Source: Clostridia bacterium (GTDB lineage Bacteria > Bacillota > DTU086). From it: 35,748 nucleotides of DNA. Both the position numbers and the translations under genes were made by a program. Numbering within the stretch: position 1 is the first letter of the stretch; each line of letters starts with the position of its first letter. The stretch is from the NCBI GenBank assembly GCA_012519005.1, contig JAAYRB010000038.1:1-35748 (forward strand), read 5' to 3'. This document shows positions 17,227 through 27,316 of the stretch, one piece after another. The notes beneath the pieces were generated by a model that was not told where the DNA came from, did not search any database, and saw only the letters and a list, made by a program, of their open reading frames with translations.

Positions 17227-18378
17227 TTCCACCCTGTTTTCCCCCCTTTTCTTTGCTAAGTAGAGGGCATCATCGGCTAATGTGAGATAATCATCCAATC
17301 CAAGGTTTTTACCGGGATCTATTGTGGAAACACCAAAACTTGCAGTGACATGGATTGGGGTTGAATTTAAGATAAATATTCTTTCACTAATCAGCCTTCT
17401 AAGTTTTTCCGCCAATGCGGATCCCTCTTCCATGGTTGATTTTGGTGCGAGAATAACAAATTCGTCTCCGCCAAATCTGGATACTGTATCGGAGGTTCTA
17501 ATATTATCTTCAATCAATTGTGCTACCTCCAGCAGCATCTGATCCCCGGCCAAATGGCCAAGGGTATCATTGACATCTTTAAAATCATCTATATCAAAAA
17601 TTATAATCGCAGATTCATTTCCATATCGCTGCACTAGGGATAATTCCTTTTCCAATATTCTGTTAAAAAAATTCCTATTGCAGAGGTTTGTCAGAGGGTC
17701 GTAATAGGCTAGCTGCTCCAGCTGTTTTTGCTGTATTTCAATATGTCTACTTTGGGTAATATTGGTATAATTATAATGCCAGGCTACGGCACTAATCAAA
17801 AAACCCAGGGCTACAGCGGTGGTTCCGTTGACCCTATTGGAAAGCAGAACTTCCGGGCTAGTGATGGTTAGGGCAATGGAATAGTGGAAACCATCATAGG
17901 AGGTAATATAAATCAGGGCTGAAACCAGGGGCCTAATCAAGAAGATGCCACCAACCACAATGCTGGTTAGCAGAAAAGGGGTGATATTGGTTGTTATCAG
18001 TTGATCTAGGGCGGCAATGATTACACCGGAAGCCATAGTTACTATTGGAACAATATACTGCAGTGCATGGATAGCTGTATTCGGCTGTTTTTTATTTTTT
18101 AAAATAAGAGCGACCAAAAATACCATGGACCAGAAAATAAGTAAACTTGTGTGACTGGCAATGATTCCCCGGAACCATATTTCTGGCATATCATTAGATG
18201 TGGTAAAAAACAGCAGGTGCAAAATACGGCTGGGAATAACTATGAGGGACATATAGAAAATTCTTTTGATATTTATTTGGGCGCATTCATCTAGGACACT
18301 GCTGTTATTCCGAATCATTGTGGCTGCTCTTTCCGCTGCCCTACCAGGCAGGGACTTAACTATGGAAATTCCGTCCAT
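17218..18378 (-). CDS. Membrane-anchored diguanylate cyclase (GGDEF domain with RxxD I-site)
   Basis: ATG 18378 lies 7 nt after GGAGGG. About 6 TM helices are followed by a GGDEF domain (DPLTNLCNRNFF ... RTSDTVSRFGGDEF). RTSD lies exactly 5 residues upstream of GGDEF. Confidence 0.85.
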   Translation of the reverse strand: MDGISIVKSLPGRAAERAATMIRNNSSVLDECAQINIKRIFYMSLIVIPSRILHLLFFTTSNDMPEIWFRGIIASHTSLLIFWSMVFLVALILKNKKQPNTAIHALQYIVPIVTMASGVIIAALDQLITTNITPFLLTSIVVGGIFLIRPLVSALIYITSYDGFHYSIALTITSPEVLLSNRVNGTTAVALGFLISAVAWHYNYTNITQSRHIEIQQKQLEQLAYYDPLTNLCNRNFFNRILEKELSLVQRYGNESAIIIFDIDDFKDVNDTLGHLAGDQMLLEVAQLIEDNIRTSDTVSRFGGDEFVILAPKSTMEEGSALAEKLRRLISERIFILNSTPIHVTASFGVSTIDPGKNLGLDDYLTLADDALYLAKKRGENRVEKL

Positions 18379-18690
18379 ACACTCTCCCTCCAGTTCTACT
18401 AGGTGCCTTGGGCCCATAGGTCACTATATAATAATAATTATTCTTATAAACATTATACAGGAATTGCGGGTAATAATCATTAGGACCTATGCAAGGTTCA
18501 AACAGTAAATCATTTGCTGGATTATAAGGCTTCCCATGCGCAGGTATTCAGAGTGGGTAAATGCTAAGTAAATCCCATCGTTCCTTCTTCGTAAAATCTG
18601 GAAATATATTATGCCAATCTTTCCTGTTGTCCAAGGGGATAATAGATGAGGACAACATATTGTCTCATATTATTATGGAGGGATAAAGAT

Positions 18691-19230
18691 ATGGCAGATG
18701 TGGATAAAATAATAGATTTCCTTGAAACTGATACTGTGAGTGCAACTTTTTCACCTAAAGGGCTGGTTTTTCTGTCCATGCGAAGGGATAGAGGCGAGCA
18801 AAACATTGAATTGGGGCAGGGGGGCAAAGATAAACAGGATTCCAATATGAGGCTCTTTATAAAAGAAACTGTAAATTTTATCGAAACGGGAAGGCACAGT
18901 ATGCCCCTGGATTTCAGTTCCTTCACAGATTTTCAAAGAAGGGTCTTCAAGGCGGTGAGCGAGATAGAGCCCGGAAAAGTAGTTACTTACAAGGATGTGG
19001 CTGAGACCCTGGGAAAGCCCGGGGCTGCCCAAGCCGTGGGGAATGCGGTGGGGAAAAACCCTGTAGCCTATTTTTTGCCCACCCATAGGGTGATCCCCCA
19101 GAGGGGCATGGCAATATGTAGAAGCGGTGCCGGTCATTTGAAGGACAAACTCTTGGAGCATGAGGGGCATGACCTGTCCAAGCTTAGGGGGAATTATGTC
19201 TGTACCAGAAAAAAATGTACCATGGAATAA
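18691..19230 (+). CDS. MGMT/Ogt-fold protein lacking the catalytic cysteine (alkyltransferase-like)
   Basis: ATG 18691 lies 8 nt after GGAGGG. The DNA-binding block is TYKDVAETLGKPGAAQAVGNAVGKNPVAYFLPTHRV. The canonical PCHRV reads PTHRV (ACC at 19081-19083) and the AARAVG arginine reads Q (CAA at 19030-19032). Confidence 0.75.
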   Translation: MADVDKIIDFLETDTVSATFSPKGLVFLSMRRDRGEQNIELGQGGKDKQDSNMRLFIKETVNFIETGRHSMPLDFSSFTDFQRRVFKAVSEIEPGKVVTYKDVAETLGKPGAAQAVGNAVGKNPVAYFLPTHRVIPQRGMAICRSGAGHLKDKLLEHEGHDLSKLRGNYVCTRKKCTME

Positions 19231-19306
19231 TTCTCAATTTATTACGGGAGGGGAAATAGGGGCTTTCCGGTAATAAAAAAATGCATACGGAAGAAAAAGG
19301 ATGGAG

Positions 19307-19768
19307 TCAGAAACCTTCATAAATTAATATACACTTTACGAATGCATTCAAATGTAAATCTAATATATTTCTTTCGGTATCCAGATCTGTAATATATTCA
19401 ATATCATTTATTATGCTTTCACATTTAAGTATTTTTTTCGGTAACCCATATAGTTTTTTATATATAATAATATCCCGGTGTATTTTATCTACATAAAGTC
19501 CGTAATCCTTATTACCGTCAACCATATATTCGTAAAGTACAAGTAAATTAAAATCCATATGTATTGAAATCATTTTGTCCTTTAAAGTCAAGCTGTTCCT
19601 AAAATCCCCTACTTCGCAGTATACAATGGATATCAATTCGCAATTTTGCGGCCAAATATCATGATAGCTATCTTTATGAAGAACTACATCTTTTAGGCTG
19701 TAGCTTGCAGATACGGTGTTAGATGGTACTATTTCGGTACTGATGTATTGGTTGTCCAAAATCATCAC
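19307..19768 (-). CDS. Hypothetical protein (orphan, very AT-rich gene)
   Basis: Long ORF in a region of about 25 percent G+C. No motif recognised. The start is uncertain (GTG 19768, ATG 19765 or TTG 19759, next to AAAGGTG). Confidence 0.5.
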   Translation of the reverse strand: MMILDNQYISTEIVPSNTVSASYSLKDVVLHKDSYHDIWPQNCELISIVYCEVGDFRNSLTLKDKMISIHMDFNLLVLYEYMVDGNKDYGLYVDKIHRDIIIYKKLYGLPKKILKCESIINDIEYITDLDTERNILDLHLNAFVKCILIYEGF

Positions 19769-19839
19769 CTTTTAGATATTACCGGGGTTTATTGTTACAA
19801 ATCTATGCTTTTATAGAATTTTTTATGTGCTTATGCTTG

Positions 19840-21489
19840 TTATCTTCTAAAGATTATATCCCAGATGCCTTTGTTTTTCTCAGCTTCCAGTTCATTTTTC
19901 AACTCGTCAATCATGATTTCCATCCGGTCAATTTGTTCCTCAAGACTTTTTCTGTGACTATTTTCTTGATCTAATCTGTCCTTTAATTTATTTCTTTCTT
20001 CTTCAAGGGATGATTTATCGTTCATGAGTTCCGTATATTTTTTCTCCAACTCCGCCTTTTGGCGAACAATGGCGGCACTGTTTTTATACATTTCCTTTGA
20101 CCATCCGTCCTCTGAAGGTATATGGGGCGGTAAAGATGGCGATGGCAAGGTGGTATGCATTGGCTTTGGTGGTGTATGCGCTTGGGTATGTACCATTCCG
20201 CCGGGTCTTTTGCTTTGCCCCGATGCAAACCATTGAGTTTTCCCCAATTCTTCCCTCCATTTTACATCGGATTCCTTAATAATTTCCCCCAATGTTTTTT
20301 CGGGGCCAAGCCTCATTTGCTCCGGCTGCGTATGTGGTAATGAAATCTGCTTTTCAGGATCTATACTGCAATAAATGGGGTGTTTTGTATCTTCAGCTTG
20401 CCCCGTTCTTTTACATGGTCCGTTGGTATTATGTTCGTTCCCACCATGTTTTTTAGGTGACAACAGATCTATATCAGGTAAATCTATGCCCATGACTCTT
20501 TTAAACCTGTAATTCCCGTCTTTCCCTTGTTCAATATAATGATATACCCTGAAAACCCTATCTGAGTCATCGCTAAATTCTGCTGCCCTTGACCACTCGT
20601 CCTCGTAAAAGCAGTGGAACAGCTTATCACCAACTTTCCACATTGCCCAAAGGATGCCCGCTTCAATTAAAAGCAAAGAATCAGATATTTTATTCTCGCA
20701 TTGGTATATTTTTGTGATGGATTTAATTTTCCCGGGCCTCTCAATGACTATGTCCTCCAGCATATGCTTTTCGTTGCTTACGGACAGGTTTAATATATGG
20801 TATTCCTTTCCGTGTCTGACCACATGAAAATCGATACTGTTTCCTTTAAGGGCAAATAATAAGCCTATATTGCTGAAAACACTGTTTACATACATTATAC
20901 TTTTGAACAAAACTTCTTTTCCGTCATTACTAACAAAGATAAGTAAAATTTCATGGTTATCTAGGATGTCCGCTCGGAAACTGGTGCGCCCCCCCGGTAA
21001 GAGGTTGATTTCATCCAGTATTTTGATTTTGGCTTGCTTCCCGTCCCACAGACAGTGGCAGAGGCTGCCTATGTTTTTACTAATATCTTTCTTAAAAATA
21101 TAGAATATGCTTGCATTCTTACCGGCCAAGCATAGACGCAATTCTCTTGCAGTGTAATTGACCCCCTCAAAGCAATGAATTGCTTCCGAGGACCAGCGTC
21201 CGTCATTTAGCTCGCCGTATTTCAGATGCTCATTTTGAATATAGGCAAAATGCACAACCCCTTTTTTATCTATATCTGCAGCAAATTCCAGCACATCGGT
21301 ATCAATACTGCCCTCTTCTTTATTTTTTCCGTCAGCAGAAGTTACAGAATACACAAGATTATTGTCCGCAGTTAAATGAAATTCCCATAGATCGCTGCTA
21401 TTATCTTTAAAAATCAAATAATTGTTCGCATTCACTTTATTTGCCTTCCCCCCAAAGTTAGTTGTTTCTTTCCGTATCATCTTATACAT
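19840..21489 (-). CDS. Hypothetical protein: beta-rich N-terminal domain, Pro-rich linker, C-terminal coiled coil
   Basis: About 550-aa ORF with an uncertain start (TTG 21513, ATG 21489 or ATG 21480). The N-terminal roughly 330 aa show repeated strand-turn (DG/NG) patterns. A His/Pro-rich linker follows, then a heptad-like Glu/Lys-rich tail (EKKYTELMNDKSSLEEERNKLKDRLDQ...). Confidence 0.55.
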   Translation of the reverse strand: MYKMIRKETTNFGGKANKVNANNYLIFKDNSSDLWEFHLTADNNLVYSVTSADGKNKEEGSIDTDVLEFAADIDKKGVVHFAYIQNEHLKYGELNDGRWSSEAIHCFEGVNYTARELRLCLAGKNASIFYIFKKDISKNIGSLCHCLWDGKQAKIKILDEINLLPGGRTSFRADILDNHEILLIFVSNDGKEVLFKSIMYVNSVFSNIGLLFALKGNSIDFHVVRHGKEYHILNLSVSNEKHMLEDIVIERPGKIKSITKIYQCENKISDSLLLIEAGILWAMWKVGDKLFHCFYEDEWSRAAEFSDDSDRVFRVYHYIEQGKDGNYRFKRVMGIDLPDIDLLSPKKHGGNEHNTNGPCKRTGQAEDTKHPIYCSIDPEKQISLPHTQPEQMRLGPEKTLGEIIKESDVKWREELGKTQWFASGQSKRPGGMVHTQAHTPPKPMHTTLPSPSLPPHIPSEDGWSKEMYKNSAAIVRQKAELEKKYTELMNDKSSLEEERNKLKDRLDQENSHRKSLEEQIDRMEIMIDELKNELEAEKNKGIWDIIFRR

Positions 21490-21621
21490 TGCTCCACAGC
21501 AATTTGACAGCAATAAGGCAATATCTTATCTAACTGATGTCACATTCCATTTTATGGAACATATTATAAAGAGAAAACGGATTGTGTTTGATCTGTTTTT
21601 AATAAGGAAGGAGGAAAAATA

Positions 21622-22314
21622 ATGGATAGTGAAACAAATAATGAATTTCGGCAAGAGGTGCCGCCGGCAACAGAAATAGACTGTATTGAAACAAACAAGG
21701 TTTTCGACGAATGTTTGGTAAGGCAATGCATATATCCCATTGATGTAACGGGTGTTGAAGTACCCCCCAACTGTGTGGAAGATGTGACCTGTTCGGATTT
21801 TACCATGGAGGTTGCGGCCCCCATTGTACCCACCCGCAGGATCACCGATCCCCCGGGTTTTGTAAGGGTAAGTTTTCCTTTCACGGCAGCATTTGATTTG
21901 ACAGTAACAGGGGGAAATTGTGAAACCCAAGTTGTATCTGTGCCTCTTCCACCCCAAACCATAAGCAATGTGCGGCTGTATTGCCCTGAACCCTTGTCGC
22001 AAATACTCACACAACAAGGTGTGGAAGCGCCGCCCGCCGCTGTTCCCAATGAAACCATAAAGCTGGAGTTTGTGGGAACCTGTATAGATGTTGATTTCGC
22101 AGCAAACCCCGAGGATCCAACTTTGACTGATTTTATCTTGGCCGTGGGTTATTATCTGGTCATCAAATGCGAGCAAGTAGTACAGATCCAAGTATTGAGC
22201 AGAGGCTATTGTGCAGCGCCGGAATGTACTTCCCCCTCTACAAATCCCTGTGATGATTTTGATTCGCTTCCTGTGCCGCCTTTTTTCCCGGCCCAACTGC
22301 CCTTTGAAGAGTAA
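21622..22314 (+). CDS. Hypothetical Cys/Pro-rich protein (possible spore-coat-type protein)
   Basis: AGGAGG RBS lies 8 nt upstream of the ATG. 230 aa with 11 Cys, and an N-terminal IDCIETNKVFDECLVRQC motif. A sigma-K-like promoter lies upstream. The antisense 287-aa ORF has no RBS. Confidence 0.6.
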   Translation: MDSETNNEFRQEVPPATEIDCIETNKVFDECLVRQCIYPIDVTGVEVPPNCVEDVTCSDFTMEVAAPIVPTRRITDPPGFVRVSFPFTAAFDLTVTGGNCETQVVSVPLPPQTISNVRLYCPEPLSQILTQQGVEAPPAAVPNETIKLEFVGTCIDVDFAANPEDPTLTDFILAVGYYLVIKCEQVVQIQVLSRGYCAAPECTSPSTNPCDDFDSLPVPPFFPAQLPFEE

Positions 22315-22325
22315 ACTGTGAGATT

Positions 22326-22355
22326 GTAAGCCTCGGATGTTATTCCGGGGCTTAC
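22326..22355 (+). terminator. Hairpin after the 230-aa gene (weak U-tract)
   Basis: GTAAGCCTCGG pairs with CCGGGGCTTAC (11 bp, one G-U) across an 8-nt loop. It is followed by ATATTGTG rather than a clean T-run. Confidence 0.45.
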
Positions 22356-22428
22356 ATATTGTGCTTGCAAAGTAAACCCTACAAAGCAAACTGCGGCAGA
22401 ATTTTATGAAATATAGTTCATATCTCTA

Positions 22429-22457
22429 TTGACAGGAAAATCCGGCACTAGTATAAT
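22429..22457 (+). promoter_or_regulatory. Consensus sigma-A promoter for the BASS/ACR3-like transporter gene
   Basis: Perfect TTGACA (22429-22434), 17-nt spacer, perfect TATAAT (22452-22457). Confidence 0.7.
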
Positions 22458-22489
22458 TTAACATACAGTTTACTTGAGGGGGGATTAAA

Positions 22490-23473
22490 ATGGTGAAAAA
22501 GATATTTTTTTATCCATCGAAAAACCTCACACTGGTTATCCCGGTGACATTGTTAGCCGGTCTCATTATGGGTAATTTGATGGATCTGTCTATGTTAAAA
22601 ATCCTGATCCTGCCCGCCACTTTTGCTATGATCTATCCTACGATGATTGGCTTTCAGTTAAAAACAGCCTTTGATCTCAGCTATGGGAAAGTAGTATTTT
22701 GGTCGATATTACTTAATTTTGTTTTGATACCCCTATTGGCATATGGCTTAGGAATGGCATTTTTGGGTGGGCATCCCATGCTTTTTGCCGGCTTGGCAAT
22801 TGCATCTTTGCTCCCCACCAGTGGAATGACTATTTCATGGACCATGCTTACGGAGGGTAATGTAGCCGCAGCTGTTAAGATGACCGTCATTGGTCTATTG
22901 CTTGGATCGCTTTTGGCGCCTTGGTATCTTTTAGTTATGATAGGACAATATGTTCCCATTGATGTGGCTCATATATTTAAGATCATAGCCATAGTGGTGA
23001 TGGCACCGCTGATTTTAGGACATTTTACTTATCAAGGTTTGCTGAGACGCTATACTGTGAAAGAATTTCAGAAAAAGTTTAAGCCGGTGCTGCCATCTTT
23101 CAGCGTATGGGCAATGTTGTTAGTGATATTTGCCAGCATGGGGATGAGGGCACCAATGATTTTGGGTGATCCTTCTTTGCTGCTTTCGGCCATGGGTATA
23201 TTGTTGGTTTTCTACCTTGCCAATTTTGCTCTCAGCACCATTGTGGCCCGGTTACAGTTTCAGCGGGGAGATGCACTGGCCTTGGTATTTGGCACCGTGT
23301 TAAGGAATCTTTCTATAGCCCTGGGTATAGCTGTTACGGCCTTTGATGCACAGGCGGCATTGATAGTAACTTTAGCCTTTATTATTCAGGTTCAGGGTGC
23401 TACTTGGTATGGAAAGTTGGCTGATAATTTTGGTTTTTTCCCAACGGAGTGTTCAGAATCCACGGCGGCTTAA
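22490..23473 (+). CDS. Bile acid:sodium symporter / ACR3-like (BASS superfamily) transporter
   Basis: 327 aa, about 10 TM helices with GAGGGGGG RBS. The pattern (ASLLPTSGMTISWT ... RNLSIALGIAV) is typical of the SBF/ACR3 fold. The substrate cannot be assigned. Confidence 0.75.
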   Translation: MVKKIFFYPSKNLTLVIPVTLLAGLIMGNLMDLSMLKILILPATFAMIYPTMIGFQLKTAFDLSYGKVVFWSILLNFVLIPLLAYGLGMAFLGGHPMLFAGLAIASLLPTSGMTISWTMLTEGNVAAAVKMTVIGLLLGSLLAPWYLLVMIGQYVPIDVAHIFKIIAIVVMAPLILGHFTYQGLLRRYTVKEFQKKFKPVLPSFSVWAMLLVIFASMGMRAPMILGDPSLLLSAMGILLVFYLANFALSTIVARLQFQRGDALALVFGTVLRNLSIALGIAVTAFDAQAALIVTLAFIIQVQGATWYGKLADNFGFFPTECSESTAA

Positions 23474-23490
23474 TGGGATGTAGGCGGTGA

Positions 23491-23530
23491 AAAAACAACC
23501 GCCCCGGCTACAAGCCGGGGTGGTTGTTTT
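23491..23530. terminator. Bidirectional rho-independent terminator between convergent genes
   Basis: AACAACCGCCCCGGCT pairs with AGCCGGGGTGGTTGTT (16 bp, one G-U) across a 3-nt loop. It is flanked by AAAAA on the 5' side and TTTT on the 3' side. Confidence 0.8.
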
Positions 23531-23548
23531 GCATCGAGTACAAAATAT

Positions 23549-24943
<1,395 letters not shown>

Positions 24944-25150
24944 TTATTTGTACATTTTCATTCTTATGCTTGATCCAGAGGTCATGTTGAGACTGACTTT
25001 GTGGCTGCTTGAAAATCACAATTCAACCGCCCTAAGTCTTTGTTTAGGTATTCTACATTATGTTTAGATTCCTTTTTTATTTGTGAATTTACTGTTAAAT
25101 AATTTAATTTTATTGGGGGTACATGGGTGTAACTGCATTGACAGGGTATG

Positions 25151-25194
25151 AAAAATTCCCCTTCAGGACCAATCAGCAGTCCCATTCAGGGGAA
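25151..25194 (-). terminator. Rho-independent terminator after the YheO-like regulator gene
   Basis: On the minus strand, TTCCCCT pairs with AGGGGAA (with an inner GGAC/GTCC stem) and is followed by TTTTT. Confidence 0.55.
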
Positions 25195-25211
25195 TATCAA
25201 GCAGTACGGTA

Positions 25212-25847
25212 TTATTTATATTTATTTTTATTTCTGTTGATTTCATTGAGATAATTATAAATAGTGTAGCGGGATACATTCAAATGTTCGGCAACAATTT
25301 TAACGCCTCTTTGGACGAGAAACGCCCCTCTCTCATCAAGATAGCTTACAATCTTTAATCTATCATCTTTACTCATTAGAGAGGGGGGCTTACCCACCAG
25401 CTTGTCTGCTTCTTCCAAAAGGTTTTTCAGCATTTCTCTGGAGTTTTCTACGAAAACCTCATCAACTTCCTCCTCCGTTTCCAAAAACCCCCTGAGCGCA
25501 GACTGTGCCATGTCCAAATAGGTGTAATCGTAATTGATTCCCAGGGCTAAGCGATTATCACCAACTTGAATGTGGAATGTGGAGCATTTAACCAAAGCAC
25601 CTTCCTTTGTTTTTCCTTTATAGTTTATTAAATCTTTTTCAATTTCTTGTTTTCTGATTGTCCTAAACCCCAATTCTGATAGGGGATCACCAATTTTTCT
25701 CCCCGTGACATGGCCGTTGTAAATAGCGATGATTGAATTTTCGGGGTTGTCCAGATCGGAAATCAATACCTCACAGTTATCCCCGAACATGCTGGCAATT
25801 CCCTTGCCAATCCTTTTTAATAAATCAATCAGTTCTGTTTTATCCAT
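25212..25847 (-). CDS. YheO-like PAS-domain / HTH transcriptional regulator
   Basis: 211 aa with AAGGGTGG RBS. Has an N-terminal YheO-type block (GKGIASMFGDNCEVLISDLDNPENSIIAIYNGHVTGRKIGDP) and a C-terminal HTH (VAEHLNVSRYTIYNYLN). Confidence 0.8.
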   Translation of the reverse strand: MDKTELIDLLKRIGKGIASMFGDNCEVLISDLDNPENSIIAIYNGHVTGRKIGDPLSELGFRTIRKQEIEKDLINYKGKTKEGALVKCSTFHIQVGDNRLALGINYDYTYLDMAQSALRGFLETEEEVDEVFVENSREMLKNLLEEADKLVGKPPSLMSKDDRLKIVSYLDERGAFLVQRGVKIVAEHLNVSRYTIYNYLNEINRNKNKYK

Positions 25848-26167
25848 TAACCAACCACCCTTGAGAATATTTGAAAAAGTAAGTATTGCTTACTACAGAG
25901 TATAATTATAAAAAATTTAAGTTGCAAATAAAAACCCCATGAATTGTGTCAGTGCTGTATGGGAAAATCAGTAAAATACAATAGGGTGGTGAGGGGGACT
26001 GTCATTGATAATGCAGTTGGGATAAAGTAGGATGAAAATAACGAAATTATTAAAAAATACCTATACCCTTGAGTAGGGGCAGACTAGATATTGGGAGCAG
26101 TCTTTATTATGAACCCTGAAGGAAAACCGAGGGGTTAGGGCAAAAGTTTTGGAGGTGGTTTGGAATT

Positions 26168-27139
26168 ATGGAAGTGATGAAAATAACGGATATTCCAGGA
26201 ATAAAAATAGGTAACGCGCAGGATCTAAAGGGAGGAACCGGCTGCACAGTTATTATTGCGGAGGAAGGTGCTTCGGCCGGTGTGGATGTCAGGGGGGGAT
26301 CCCCGGGGACAAGGGAAACGGATCTCTTGAAACCGGAAAACAGAGTGGACAAGGTTCATGCTGTTTTTTTATCAGGTGGCAGCGCCTACGGCCTTGATGC
26401 GGCAGCGGGCATCATGCAGTTTTTAGAGGAAAAGGGTATCGGCTATGATGTGGGAATGACCAAGGTGCCCATTGTTCCCGGTGCCATATTATTTGACCTC
26501 ATCTGTGGGGATTACAAAGTACGTCCAGATAAGGATATGGGCTATGAAGCTTGTTCTGCCGCCTGGGATCAGGATTTTTCCGAGGGTTCGGTGGGTGCCG
26601 GGACAGGAGCCACGGTGGGAAAATATTTCGGTCCTGAACATGCCATGAAGGGTGGATTGGGTTCCCATTGCATACGAGCAGGAAATTTAATGGTGGGGGC
26701 AGTGGTGGCGGTGAACTGCCTGGGAGATGTGGTGGATCCGACTGATGGCAGGATTATTGCCGGGGCCTATAGGGAAAACCCTTTTTCTTTCATGTCCATT
26801 GAGGAAAGCATGATTGCAAGCCATGATAAGATGAGGGATGTTTTTGCAGGGAATACAACAATCGGGGCCGTCATTACCAATGCCCTGCTCACAAAGGCGG
26901 AGGCAAATAAGGTTGCAACCATGGCTCATAATGGCTATGCCCGAACTATCAGGCCCTCCCACACAACCTTTGATGGGGACACGGTCTTTGCCCTCTCAGT
27001 GGGTGATATTGAAGCTGATATAGATGTGGTGGGTGTCCTGGCAGTAAGGGTTGTTGAACAGGCAGTAATCAATGCCGTGAAAAAAGCTTCGCCATTATGC
27101 GGATTTAAATCCCATAAAGATTTTTTCGGAAAAATGTAA
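26168..27139 (+). CDS. P1/S58 family peptidase (DmpA/BapA-like L-aminopeptidase)
   Basis: GGAGGTGG RBS. Has GTGCTVI, GGSPGTRETD, LSGGSAYGL and the TNA...A block with FDGDTVFALS, all typical of peptidase S58. Confidence 0.85.
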   Translation: MEVMKITDIPGIKIGNAQDLKGGTGCTVIIAEEGASAGVDVRGGSPGTRETDLLKPENRVDKVHAVFLSGGSAYGLDAAAGIMQFLEEKGIGYDVGMTKVPIVPGAILFDLICGDYKVRPDKDMGYEACSAAWDQDFSEGSVGAGTGATVGKYFGPEHAMKGGLGSHCIRAGNLMVGAVVAVNCLGDVVDPTDGRIIAGAYRENPFSFMSIEESMIASHDKMRDVFAGNTTIGAVITNALLTKAEANKVATMAHNGYARTIRPSHTTFDGDTVFALSVGDIEADIDVVGVLAVRVVEQAVINAVKKASPLCGFKSHKDFFGKM

Positions 27140-27316
27140 TATAATTCAAAATGCTGAGAATAAATAACATATTACTTCCAGAATGTAAAGGAATTGCAAA
27201 TAATGGCCTAGAACAACTAAGGATGTGGGGCCCTTGTGGGCAATAAATACTTACCTGCGGGGTGTATCCTAGGAGAAAACTATTTTTAACTATATTATGA
27301 AGGGGTGTGTTGGGTA

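Noticed and set aside
21526..22389. 287-aa minus-strand ORF (and a 164-aa one) antisense to the 230-aa Cys-rich gene
   Set aside because: It has no RBS, its Arg/Cys/Ile-rich composition is typical of antisense frames, and it runs through the intergenic promoter region. The plus-strand ORF has an AGGAGG RBS at ideal spacing.
24982..25185. 67-aa minus-strand ORF between the YheO-like regulator and tpl
   Set aside because: It begins inside the terminator hairpin of the regulator gene, has no RBS, and has no recognisable motif. I treat it as a non-coding leader.
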